Part shown: in pieces, positions 48,399 through 60,179 of the stretch
Numbering within the stretch: position 1 is the stretch's first letter
How the letters are laid out: every line of letters begins with the position of its first letter
Origin: Zootoca vivipara
Taxonomy: Eukaryota
Length of the DNA stretch: 64,000 bases
Assembly: GCF_963506605.1 (NCBI RefSeq)
Contig: NC_083281.1
Span: 24,862,001-24,926,000 of the forward strand
Reading direction: 5' to 3'
The notes under the pieces: model-generated
The model's database searches: none
What the model saw: the letters and a program-made list of their open reading frames with translations, nothing else
Told to the model about the DNA's origin: nothing
Translations under genes and position numbers: made by a program

Positions 48399-48632
48399 CA
48401 GTCAAACCTCGGTTTGTGTCTACCTCGGTGAGCGACTGCTTCGGCGAGTGACCGCCGCGGACCCGGAAGTGTTTACATCCGGGTTCCGCAGCGTCGGATG
48501 CGCAGACGTGATCTGCACAGCTCGCGCATGCACAGAAGCACTCTATGGGCGCTTCGTGCACACACAGAAGCGTGCCTTCGGTGAATGACCGCTCCGCAGA
48601 ACGGATTGTGGTCGCAAACCGAGGTACCACTG
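48399..48632. mobile_element. Tc1/mariner (Tigger-like) MITE
   Basis: TA-CAGT..ACCTCGGTTTG / CAAACCGAGGTACCACTG-TA. Confidence 0.75.
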
Positions 48633-48676
48633 TATAGTATTATAGGACCGGAGGCTGGCTTGAATGATATATTTGG

Positions 48677-49218
48677 AGTGGGAATGTTCAGGGATGTGGA
48701 TGAGGAGATATCATTGAATATATCCTCTCCTAGCTTGTGCTAACAAGCTCCAAACTTAGCATTTCCACAAAGGGTTATTGCGGCCCAGAGTTGCGTATTT
48801 TGTGTATTTTTGAAGTATTTTTCCCTTTATCCCTCTTAAAAGAAAAGACACGACACAATGCTCTTAAAAGTATAAAAGATATTTACTTACAAGCATCTCG
48901 AGATACAGCACACTCAAGAGGTAGACTGGCTTAGGTAAAAAGTGATATATACATGTGAAGTTCACTTATAGGAAGTGAGACTCCATCTCATCTCTCTCTG
49001 GGCTGGAAGCCTAGAGAGAGACTCACTAAGATGTTGCTTCTTAGATGTGTGTAGTCCAAGAGGTCTGGTCCAAGAGAGTGAATTTATCTGCCGCGTTCCC
49101 CAACTCATTTGCATGTGGAGGAACAGGAAACCAAGTTAGTCATGTGTTCCTCCACAGTCCTCCAAGTGGACTCTCTAGGAATTGTTGTGATTTGACTGCA
49201 CCTGTTTCACATCCCACA
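48677..49218 (-). mobile_element. Solo LTR (same family as 9633-10227)
   Basis: Reverse-complement similarity to 9633-10227; 5-bp TSD TTTGG. Confidence 0.82.
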
Positions 49219-49882
49219 TTTGGGTGCCCTCTAAGCCTATGGTTTCATAACTGTAAGATTGGAGTCTGTAGTAGAAGGAACTGCTAAAGTGGTCAAACTA
49301 GTCTGTTCAAGTTCATGGGTCTGCCAAGTCTGTTAGGCATCCATTTGCATGTCTAAAGAGTTGGTCAAGTAAAGATGTATTGCCATAGAAATGACTAGCT
49401 AGTGATGATTCAAGAAGGAAGGGAGAGGTTTTCCCTGCATCCGCTGGCTGGATGCCACATCATTACCATGAGCAAGGCTTTGTCTAGTCTCATCTGGAGC
49501 TGGGAAGACACAGAGACCAGACCTACTCTCTGTGCTGGTACCAAGGATTTGGTTTAGACCCTCACCCTGCAATAAACCTTAGGGAATTAACATCTTTTGA
49601 AGTCTCGCCCCACACAGTTACACATTGGGGTGAAGCCAGTGGACCAGTTAATGTACATAACAGCCAGTCATTGTTCACTTTTGCCTAGTTTCATTGGCAA
49701 TTTTTTTTGGGGGGGGGGCTTCAGATAACTGTTTTTTATTTCCAGCCTCTTTTTATGCACTCTAGCTCTTCCCTAGTCAGCTCAACAGCCCAGAAGGAAG
49801 TTGCAGACAAAGGAGAGTTTGAAACTTCCCCTCCCCATCCCATGATTCTGATGATAATCCTTCTCCTGACAATGCTATTACC

Positions 49883-50092
49883 TACCTTCTTGGTAGCGGC
49901 ACGCGCCCTGTGGAACGCCCTTCCATCAGATGTCAAGGAAATAAGCAGCTATCCTAATTTTAAAAGACATCTGAAGGCAGCCCTGTTTAAGGAAGTTTTT
50001 AATATTTAATGCTTTATTGTTTTAATACTCAATTGGGAGCCACCCAGAGTGGCTAGGGAGACTCAGCCAGATAGGTGGGGTATAAATAATAA

Positions 50093-50135
<43 letters not shown>
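49883..50135 (+). mobile_element. L2 LINE 3' fragment with (TTA)n tail (second copy ~56955-57195)
   Basis: CCCTGTGGAACGCCCTTCCATCAGATGTCAAGG...GGGTATAAATAATAAATTATTATT. Confidence 0.75.
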
Positions 50136-50137
<2 letters not shown>

Positions 50138-50144
50138 CTTAGGG

Positions 50145-50328
50145 CAGTGGTGTCCCAACTTTTTTCATAGAGGGCCAGATTTGATGAAGTGAACGGCCGT
50201 GGGGGCCGGCCAAAGTTGTTGACCTTTTTTTTGTTGAGTTTTTTTTAGCATTTTAACTGCCACAGGGGCCGGATTAGACCTACCAGTGGGCCAGATTAGG
50301 CCCCTGAAATGGACTTTGGGCATGCCTG
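50145..50328. mobile_element. hAT MITE, copy B only
   Basis: TSD CCTTAGGG; empty site near 24089 in copy A. Confidence 0.8.
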
Positions 50329-52371
50329 CCTTAGGGGAAAGCTTCAGAGCAGCAGGAGATCAAACATCATTGGGATCACAAGCCTGCCAACCAAGCAAAG
50401 GGAAAGCAGGCTGGGAGGGAAAGACTTTGAAGGAACTCTGTTAGACTTACTTGCTCCTCAATATCCTTGATAAACAGTTGTTTGATGATAGGGTAGTTTA
50501 TCTTCTCACTTCAGCTGCGCACACTCTCTCCTGTCCTCTCCGGACTTTGTGGCAGAGGACTTAGTTCATAGTTTTACCTAAAAACAAAGCAATTGTCCCA
50601 TGGTAACCACAATGAAAAACCTGTGAATGGGCAGACCTCAGAAGGCTGTTGAACCAACTTTGTCTTTCTGTCAGGCCGAGATGTATCCCGTAATAGGAAA
50701 TGTAGGATAGATCCACACCACACATTTATAGCACATTCAAAACACGTTTAAAGCACATGACTTCCTCCCAAAGGATATTGGGAATGCTAGTTCCTCAAAC
50801 ATAATTTTTTTTAGCACCCTTAAACTACAGGATTCCTTGGGGAAAGCCATGTGCTTTAAATGTATGGGGAATGTGCTTTAAACAGGCAAGTGTAAGAGTG
50901 TGGACAGGGGTGAAAAGCAAAGGTCAAGAGAACTTTTAACAAAGAGTTTCATTTGTTTCTGCAGTGCCTCAAAGCCATCCTTGGCCACAAAGAGTGAGCA
51001 AATCTCTCCTGATTATGGCACATGTCATATGTCTATGTGTACATTATCTCTTTCCTTATGGAAGCTTGGGGAGGGGGCTGACCCTTAGCACATCTGGAGC
51101 TGAGGGAGTACATCATGCAGTTACTTAGGGATTGCTTTTTCTTATGTGGGTGAGTAATAAAGAAACCTTTTGTGAAGTTCCCAGAGTCTCGTAGATGTTG
51201 CCTGGCAAACAGAGCCAAGAGGTGGATTGAAAGCTGAGCAGGTAAGGTCACATCCCCTAAAATCCTCCTGCTACACCACAAAGGAAACTTCTGATTGCCC
51301 CAAGCCAAATGCCAATGGGTTTCTCAGGTAAGAAAACGCCCCCCAACAAATCAGCGTTGCATACCTGCAGGCAGGGACCTGCTTTTTAAAACTTATTCTG
51401 CAATGACACATGATATTAGGTAATTTATAGATGATATATGGTGACGATAAAGGCTCAGGAACCATGCCAGGACCGAGAGGAAATCTTTTGCAACCCAAAG
51501 AGGCGTTTCCACTTAATGTCTTTTGAAAGTTTTATTGCAAGCTAAATATAAGCATTCTAATTTTAGCACCCACCTAGCAACATTTGCAGTGTGGGATCAC
51601 AGGCAAAAATATGCTGTTGCCCATATTTGCTCTTCATAAGGCACACTAGCCAAGCACAACCACTGTGGGGAAATGAAAAATACCTGTTGCTGCTGCCCCT
51701 TCTTACCTCTTTTTCAGAACATCTCTGGAGCGCAAAGGCTGGTCAGCAGTGGAGGTTGAGACAGGTTGCAAATGTCTCCATGGTGTTCTGCAAGGGTATT
51801 CAAGTGCAGGCAAGGGAGAGATAACCTAATCAGTTACGGGAAAATGTTAGGTAACTCAAAGTGAAACAGCAGTTTCTTCAGACCGCCTGTGAAGAAGGCT
51901 TATCTTTCTGTTCAGGCTTTCCCTGGCCCATAAGATTGGACCCTATATATTACAGTACATGTTTGAAACTTTCGAATTTCTGTTTCACTTTCTTTAAGGT
52001 GTTTAGGTTGGCTTTAGGTTGAGTTTTTGTTTAACATTTTCATGTGTTGTTGCTGTTGGCATCCGCCTGTCTCGGGAGGCAATGGAAGAGTGTGCCTTCG
52101 GGGGTGAAGTCAAACTGTTGGAGAGACATGCTTTGTTGCAGCTGAGGCAGGTGAAGGCGTCTGGCTATTGCTGATGCAGGCATACCATGGCGTTTCTCTT
52201 TCTGCAATCCTCCCAGCGGTCGTTCCTCCTCTGGTCACTGCTGTGGATACACAACTTGATTGTCTCAAGGCACTGCAGTCACCTGCAAGGGCAGGGTTAA
52301 TGTTGCCAGCCTTCATATCACGTTTGCATACATGCAGAGTTGTTTTAATGACATATATTAATTAACCTTTT

Positions 52372-52668
52372 GCAGGTGAGCTCCCATTGCTCTGTCCCAG
52401 CTTCTGCCAACCTCACAGTTTTAAAGCATGCCAGTGCAAGTAGATAAATAGGTACCGCTGCGGCAGGAAGGTAAATGGCGTTTCCGTGCACTCTGGTTTC
52501 CGTCACGGTGTTCTGTTGCGCCAGTAGCAGTTTAGTTATGCTGGCCACATGACCCCAGAAAGCTGTCTGTGGACAAATGTTGGCTCCCTCGGCCTGAAAG
52601 TGAGATCAGCGCCACAACCCCAGTCACCTTTGACTGGACTTAACTGTCATGGGGTCCTTTACCTTTAC
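52372..52668 (+). mobile_element. Sauria SINE, 5'-truncated
   Basis: GTAGATAAATAGGTACCGCT...GCTGGCCACATGACC core and ACCTTT-type tail. Confidence 0.85.
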
Positions 52669-52772
52669 GGCTTAAAAATAAGCACTTCCATTTTGATCAC
52701 TGTTTAGCACCTTAAAAGCAGCCAAACTGATGCATTAATTTTATTGGTAGTGAAATAAAATATTCTGCAATA

Positions 52773-52773
<1 letters not shown>

Positions 52774-52842
<69 letters not shown>
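52774..52842. repeat. (AC)n(AG)n microsatellite
   Basis: Directly visible. Confidence 0.95.
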
Positions 52843-52843
<1 letters not shown>

Positions 52844-53538
52844 AATGTGACATACGAACTTTTGCTTACTTTGCATGCATGCATTTTGCACTCCAGCTGA
52901 CTTTCTTCTAAGGTTTTGTGTGGTGCTTTTTTAACCTCACATCTCCCTCCCTCCCCCATCTCTCCATCCTCCCCCCCCCCATCTCTCACAGACATCCTGA
53001 GCCCCCTGAGCGATCTGCAATTGCTTCCAGCAACTTGTTCAACTAGAACTTGATTCATGCCCTGGAACTATGTATGCGATTTGGCTAAGCAGTGAGAGGC
53101 CTTCCCCAAAGCCATGCTGATGCCAGTGTACTGCCAGCTTCAAGGAGCGATCAGTTGCATATGCCTAATTAATTCCACAGAACTCAATGACACCTAGAAC
53201 TCATCCATCAATCATCCAGAGTGAGTGTAGGAATTCCTTTCAGCAAACGTATCATGCTTTGATGGACAACAAATGCCTTCTCTCTCATTTATTGAGAAAT
53301 ATGAGCCTGCTCCTTTTCAGCAAGGACAAAACTATTCTAATTTGACGAGATTTGACCAGCCAAGACTCTTGTCTGACTCTGTTTTAGACCTATGGCAGGA
53401 AACCTACGTAACTGATGCAGTGGCTACTTTTTTATTCTTAATATGTGATTGTACTGTACTGGAATTTCTTGTGTTTAATTGATATTAACTGATATGTTCT
53501 AATGGTTATTTTATAATGAATTTGAAATGGCATGTCTA

Positions 53539-53860
53539 CAGGTGAAACTCGGGAAATTAGAATATCGTCAAAAAGTGCATTTATTTCAGTAACGCAACTT
53601 AAAAGGTGAAACCAATATATGAGATAGATGCATGTCATGCAAAGCAAGATATGTCAAGCTTTTATTTGTTGTAATTGTAATTATTTGTCGTTAGGTGGGT
53701 CAATTATAAAAGGAATGTAATTTATGAAATGCAATAGCGATGTTTATTTTTGTATTATTGTAACTATTTGTTTTATTACTGTGGAATTTCCAAAAGAAAG
53801 CATTTGTAAAAATTAAAAGAAAAATAAAAAATAATAAGTTGCATTATTGAAATAAATTCC
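53539..53860. mobile_element. Tc1-like transposon end fragment
   Basis: TA-CAGGTGAAACTCG...AATTAGAATATCGT terminus, with a partial inverted match near 53838-53858. Confidence 0.5.
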
Positions 53861-54252
53861 ATCTGGCTGTGGAGCAGAGGGGAAGAAGCACAGGAGGGCT
53901 GTTTCACTGCCTCTGCTCAAAGACCAGCTCTGATTGGTCCACCACCATGAGCAGGCCTACTGAACAGTTTCCAGTTCCTTCCCAACTAGTCCTTAAAAGG
54001 ACTTTAAGAACTACTGTAGTGTGCTGGTATGCTTCCTCCACCATCCCCACCCCTTTTCCTTGTGTCTATTTTGGGTTGAAAGCCTGATCATATAAGTTGC
54101 TCTGGGAGCCTTTTTGGCTAGAGTATTGTATACATGTTGTAAATAATAAATAAACAAATAAAAGCAATTGGGGCTTAAGATATCCATGTTGGTCCATAGG
54201 CATAGAGCTACCTAGTCTTCCTAATCTGTTTGCATCACCAATCTCCAGAGGG

Positions 54253-54504
54253 CATAGCTGCCAAGTCTGTCTGGACATGCGTAGAAGCGACTTCCAGTGC
54301 CGCTCTGCCCAATTTCCAGTGTCCAGACATGGGAAGAGCAGCACCCGAAATCGGTTCTGCGCATGTCCAGACATGTGCATAAGAAGCCTCCTGGCAGGTA
54401 GGAAATCGGGAGATTTACGGGATTTTTTTCTATTCGGGATAACAGCAGGAAACGGATTAAAATCCGGGGGTTTCCCGCAAAAAACGGGAGACTTGGCAGC
54501 TATG
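54253..54504. mobile_element. MITE with CATAGCTGCCAAG TIRs
   Basis: TIRs plus near-TSD CCAGAGGG/CCAGGGGG. Confidence 0.8.
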
Positions 54505-54866
54505 CCAGGGGGGTGTTTTCCCAACCACAAAGGTTCCCTGTGAGAAAATGTGGCTCTTGGATTGGAAGTTTCCTAGCAGTACATGGATCAAAAGGAAGCT
54601 ATTCTTCAAAATCAGTGCTTATCAGAATTTTATCAATGCAGTTTCCCCAACTCAAAAATCCTGTTCAAAAATGCATAAGGTATGGCTGAGCGTGCATAAA
54701 AATCCATGAGTTTGTGAAAACAACATACAAAATGCATTTAATTTGGGAGGGGGGACTGTTTGCAAAAATGTGCACATGTTCTGCCTCTCTCATGTACAAC
54801 CAGGGGAAACTGTGAACCAGTCTTTTTAGAAACAAGGAGAGGCAAGCTCCTTTCTTAGCACTGATC

Positions 54867-55784
54867 TCACTCTAGTTGCAGAGGCTTCCTCGCATGTGTT
54901 TGCACGTGGTCCTTGTTCCCATGAAAGAACCGCACGATGCTGGTCCAAGAACCTGAGATCCTGATCCGGTAGTGAATGAGGCCTCCCCGCACGTCGTAGA
55001 TATTGATCTTATTCTCCCCTTCGCCAGAGGCGAAGTTCAGCACCTGCCCACCGCAGTCTACAACCATGTAGGCATTGTCCTGGACACAGAACGGCTCCTT
55101 GGCAAACTCTTCCACGGCAAACTCCAAGCAGTGCCCTAGTTCCTCGGAAAGTACCCCCCAGGAGCGCAAGCTCTGCCTCACTCTCAGCAGGTCTCCGACG
55201 CTCAGTGGCTCCTTGTGATTGGCCAGCCTCGCAAGGTACATTTCGGCCGTCCGCTCCTTGATATCACACTGGATCCGCTTCTTTATGACATATACAGAAA
55301 TCTGGCAGTCCCCCTTGCCGGACCGAAACTCTATGGGGGGTCCATCACACTGGATGACCAGCTGGGCATTTTGCTGCACAGACCAGGGCTCCTGGAGAAA
55401 GGTATCAATGGCCTTGGTGAAACAGGCTTGGAGTATGTAGTTGACGCCATCCAGCCGATCGCGGTGCCTTAGGAGATTCTCAACTGTCAGTGGTTCGTAA
55501 GAGGGCAGTAGGTTAGCCACGTACAACAGGGCATCCTTCATGATACTGAGAACACTGGTGGGCTTCCACAATTGCTTGGTTGTCACGGCAACCTCGTGGT
55601 CCGTGCCCATGGGGGAATAATCCGCTTTGTTCACAGCTAGCCACATCGTGGAGAGGAGAACAGCGAGCGCCACCACGACCGCGACGGTCAGCAGTTTGTT
55701 CATGAATCTCCAGAGCTGAGCTGTAAACCACGGGATGACGATGCTGAGAGACCATTGCAAGACAGTGCTGAGGACAGAGGCCAT
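54867..55784 (-). CDS. Uncharacterised 305-aa protein: N-terminal hydrophobic/TM segments plus two ~95-aa internal repeats
   Basis: Long uninterrupted ORF with GC-rich third positions, a strong Kozak (AAACATGG), and a splice acceptor TCCTTCTTTTTTAAG 5 nt upstream. Clear internal duplication (aa ~97-176 vs ~192-275). Confidence 0.8.
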   Translation of the reverse strand: MASVLSTVLQWSLSIVIPWFTAQLWRFMNKLLTVAVVVALAVLLSTMWLAVNKADYSPMGTDHEVAVTTKQLWKPTSVLSIMKDALLYVANLLPSYEPLTVENLLRHRDRLDGVNYILQACFTKAIDTFLQEPWSVQQNAQLVIQCDGPPIEFRSGKGDCQISVYVIKKRIQCDIKERTAEMYLARLANHKEPLSVGDLLRVRQSLRSWGVLSEELGHCLEFAVEEFAKEPFCVQDNAYMVVDCGGQVLNFASGEGENKINIYDVRGGLIHYRIRISGSWTSIVRFFHGNKDHVQTHARKPLQLE

Positions 55785-55980
55785 GTTTCCTTAAAAAAGA
55801 AGGACATATCATCAGCGCTTGGAGGTGGAATTCATTGATGGTTTTTGTTTCCACAATTTAGGTTAAAGGTTCAGTATCTGGAGAACCACAGGTTCCCCAC
55901 CTCTGGTGCCTAGGACTGCAGCCTTTGTCAACTGATCACCTGGGTGAATCCATTAAGCCATCCATCGATATACAGTAGAG

Positions 55981-56116
55981 CAGGCATCCCCAAACTGCGG
56001 CCCTCCAGATGTTTTGGCCTACAACTCCCATGATCCCTAGCTAACAGGACCAGTGGTCAGGGATGATGGGAATTGTAGTCCAAAACATCTGGAGGGCCGA
56101 AGTTTGGGGATGCCTG
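55981..56116. mobile_element. Palindromic hAT MITE inserted into the TIR of a TcMar MITE (~55973-56323)
   Basis: Perfect TSD CAGTAGAG (55973-55980, 56117-56124). Confidence 0.85.
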
Positions 56117-57479
56117 CAGTAGAGCCTTGGTTCTCGAACGGCTTAGTTGACGAACAAATTGGCTCCCGAACACCGAAAACCCGGAAGTAAGTGTTCCAGT
56201 TTTCGAACACCAAATGTCCAAAGCTCCTGCAGCCAATCGGAACCCACGCCTTGGTTTTCGAACGGTTTCAGGAGTCGAACGGACTTCCGGAACGGATTAA
56301 GTTTGAGAACCAAGGTTCCACTGTGCTAGAAAGGTGCCTTCACAATTAATTGATCAGCAAATCCAAAACAATAGTTTTTAAATTTAAAAATACAGCTGGT
56401 GCCACCCATCATCTTAAAAGAGGCTTTCCCACCTGTGTTTGTGTGAGAGAAAATAAAGAGCATATCGATGTAACGTATGCATGCTTGCATCATCTATTCT
56501 AACTGAAAACTTTGCTGTGCAACTCAACAGATTTTGCAATGGTCCTAAAAAAGGGAGGCATGCAGGCATTGTACAGTATGTCACATTGTATTATGTGTGA
56601 CATTCCTGATCCTTTCTTACAAAAGACAGTGAGGGTGGGATTGCAGCCTCATGTTGTGCACACGCTCACCCGCTAGTGCCACAAAAATTTAGTTTTTCTC
56701 ATTCATGTTCATCTCTAAAATGCTTTCAGTCCAGATTCATTCTAGATCCTGCCATGCACAACAGTGGGCGTGGCTACTTAATTCTTATAGGAAACCCTCC
56801 CTCAGATCAGATAAAACAAGCACTTATTCATGCAGAACCTAGTTAAGCTATGTAACTCCCTCCCACAGGAAGGAAGCGATGCTCACCAACTTAGATGGCT
56901 TTAAAAGCGGATCAGGCAAATTAATTGAGGAGAAGGCTAGCTAGACTGCGGCAGAATGTGAAGGTTACAGGGAACCAGGCAGAGGGCCTTCTCGGTAGTG
57001 GCACCCGCCCTGTGGAACACCCTCCCATCAGATGTCAAGGACTATCTGACTTTTAGAAGACATCTGAAGGTAGCCCTGTTTAGGGAAGTTTTTAATGTCT
57101 AATGCTTTGTTATTTTTTATGTGCTGTAAGCCTCCCAGAGTGGCTGGGGAAACCCAGCCAGATGAGCGAGGTATAAATAAATTAAAAATTGTTATTACAA
57201 TAAGCCAAACTGTTTCCCAGAAGAGAACTGCTCCTGTTGCAGCTTCCGGTTTCTATTTTGCACATGTCCTATCAATAAATCCTCCTCTGGTTCTTGCCAA
57301 ACGAACCACTGCGTCCTTAACGTTATAAACCAGACGATTGCAACCCGGATGAGCAGCAGAGTCACCTGCATTTCTGTGTGGACTGTGATCCTAGAACAAT
57401 AACATCTGGGGAAGAAATAAAAATCTCCTACCGGTACTAAAAATTGCACCTGCCTCCTCTCAGTGACTGAAGTACTTAC

Positions 57480-58750
57480 ATATCGCACGCCGCCGTTTCT
57501 CCGTCCTCCTCTCCTTCAATGAGAACAATCCTACTTTGTTAACTTTTCAGTTTCGGGTTCCTGCAATGCATGTGACTCCACATTGGCGCACGGTGCTGCC
57601 TCTAACGGCGCGCAACGAACAGGTCCTAAAGCCGGTTTCCCCTTACTCGGTTCAGGGGAAATAAAGAAATAAAGCGTTTCAGTGATCTCGCCGATTGTCG
57701 CGATCGTGCCATTTCTCTCCCTTGAAAAATAAAAAATAAATATTTAAAAGCATTTTACCTGCTTAGATTACTGCCTTTATAAATAAATTTATCCGCGCGC
57801 GCCCCCGGCCGCACACTTCGCACGCCTTTTTGTATATACACCACACAGCAAATTTTAATTTTAACCCCCACCCCCACCCTCGCTTAAAAATAATAATAGC
57901 GATTCTGTTGCGGTCCGAACTCATTCCTTCCACCAGGAGGCAGCAAGGAACAATCAGCAGCTTGGAAACCGAAAGTAGATCGTACATGTACAATCAGGGC
58001 GCTTCTGGAGCCGGCGCGCGGGCAAAACAAAACGGCCCCTCGGGAAACCCCCTCAGTGCCCCCCCCCCGACTCCAAACGATCTGCTCCACATTCTCTCCT
58101 AGGTCACTCTGCTGAACGTCTGGATCTCCACGGATTTGCCTTGAAAGGTATGTGGGGTGGATGGGGGCTGGAGAGGAGCTGGGGGCGGCTGGCCAAAGTT
58201 TAGCCAGAGCTGAGTTCAGATCGCGAGCAATTCAGATTACAGGGAAAGGGAGATTTCCCCCAAAGCGGCTGGCTCCGCAAGATCAAGAGATCCCCTTCGC
58301 CCACCCCGCCTCCCGACCGGTGGATCGCTGCGAATCTGCCACTGAGGTCGCGGGAGGACAATCAGAGTCCCGCCTGCAAAAGGACGGGATACAGCGGGAG
58401 GAGTTGGAAGGAAAATGTGGGCCGGCGGCGCACACACTTGACTCGGAAAGCCAGCCTCCCATCCATCTGGATCCCGGGGAAAGCGAAGACCCGGCTCTGG
58501 CACGTTCGTGGACTTTTCAAAGCCTTTTTGTTTCTGCTTTTTCGGAGCGGGGCGAGGGGCGAATGTCGTTTCAGTAGGTGGCCCTTGGCTTAAAATGTTT
58601 GGAAACTGTTGCTGCCTTGGCTTAAAATATTTGGAAACTGTTGCTGCGTTGGAGGTACTTAAGAAGCAGGAAGTGGCTCAGGATACGACGCTGAAAAACA
58701 AGAGCGCAGGACAACAGACGCATTGCTATTAGTCATAGGGAATCTCCAGC
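57480..58750. promoter_or_regulatory. CpG island and candidate bidirectional interferon/NF-kB-responsive promoter
   Basis: Locally high CpG. ISRE GAAACCGAAAGT at 57965-57976; ISRE-like GAAACTGAAAAGT (minus) at 57542-57554; kB-consensus GGGAAACCCC at 58042-58051 and GGGAATCTCC at 58738-58747; minus-strand GTAAGT donor at 57479. Confidence 0.65.
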
Positions 58751-59773
58751 GGCAAGTGCAGTACTGTATATGCTGCCAGGTATTAACTAGGAAGCAAATA
58801 GCTCTCGCCTTCCTGTATGCTTCTGAGAAGCGTCTGCTTAGCCACACTGGAATGCAGGATGGCAGAGTGCATTGGACTTTGGGCCGATGCAGCAGGACTC
58901 TTAATAATAATGATAATAGCAACAGCAACAACTTATTCTATCAGCGCAGAACACTAGCCAAGGAGGACCAAAATTGAGAAGATCCATAATTGGTATAGGA
59001 CTGTAAATTATTTGATGTGTTAATGCGAATGGAAGTCGATAAAATTGCAGCTGCGGTATAAGGGCTTGTTATTCTGACTAGTGTGTATTGGAATTTATAA
59101 GTTTTTGGAGTGCAGAGTTAAAGTAAATCATCAAATCGTCAATTCTAGCACGGGGGGCAACAAAATAATATAATTTGGCATCTGAACAATTGGCATTATT
59201 AATTGGATTATAATTTGGTATGGGCAATGAGGCATTTAATGAGTTATTGTAATTGAAAACTAATAGAAATTATTACCCCCCCAAAAAGAGAAGATCCATA
59301 ATGGAGAAAATCCGGGGGGGGGGATTGTAGCCTTGCGCAAACAAAAATTTTGGCCTTGCTCAGAACGCCATAATTACGAAAGATTACCAAAGTCCACCCC
59401 AGATTCTATTACTATGCTTCAGCATTAGTACGTACTGTGTATTTTGTAAGTGATTATAATGTTCTATAATTTTTTCCCCTTCCTTTCTTTCTAAAAGCAA
59501 ACAAAAACCGAAATGCAATGCTCCCTCTTTTGTGAAATTAGCAGAATCTCACAAGGCAGTCAAAGTGAAATGCTCTCACTGTGTGTGTGTGTATGTGTGT
59601 GTGTGTTTTAAAGGTCAACGTGCTGTATGTGCTAAGGCAAACTGTCAGTGAAATTCCTTCTGATTTGTTTGCAGAGTTATGCAAATAACTTTCTGGTGCA
59701 CTTTTCCCTTATCACAAGAAGTGAATCTTAGTGAGCCACTGCTGGTTCATTGTAGACAATATTAGTATTAATC

Positions 59774-59909
59774 CAGTGATGGCGAAACGTGGCCCTCCAG
59801 CTGTTTTGGGACTACAATTCCCATCATCCCTGACCACTGGTCCTGTTAGCTAGGGGTGATGGGAGTTGTAGTCCCAAAACAGCTGGAGGGCTGAGTTTGG
59901 CCATCACTG
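59774..59909. mobile_element. Palindromic hAT MITE
   Basis: CAGTGATGG...CCATCACTG; TSD TATTAATC. Confidence 0.85.
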
Positions 59910-60141
59910 TATTAATCCAAATCGGCCAATGGTCTCAAGTCGGGAAAAGGCAGCTGTGTGCAGAAGAGGGGGTTGCTAAATAAAGAGCTTTTTTCACCTC
60001 TGGTCCAGCATCTTGTATTTATCGTGGTCAACCACATGCCCATAGTTTTAACTGCACTGCCTGAATCAGTGCTTTCTTTTCTCTGCCCTAAATCTTCCAA
60101 CATGCAGCTTCCTTGGAGTTCACAAATTCGGGGGGGGGGGG

Positions 60142-60179
<38 letters not shown>

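Larger units (their letters stand above)
31700..50700 (+). repeat. Segmental duplication, copy B
   Basis: See copy A; same gene order and shared old MITE insertions. Boundaries approximate. Confidence 0.9.

Noticed and set aside
31700-50700. Copy B as an uncollapsed haplotype (false duplication)
   Set aside because: Many copy-specific insertions with TSDs and substantial divergence favour true paralogy, although only read depth and long reads can exclude it.
52055-52180. Possible RTE 5' UTR fragment with an HDV-like ribozyme
   Set aside because: I could not build the nested double pseudoknot by eye; family assignment too uncertain.
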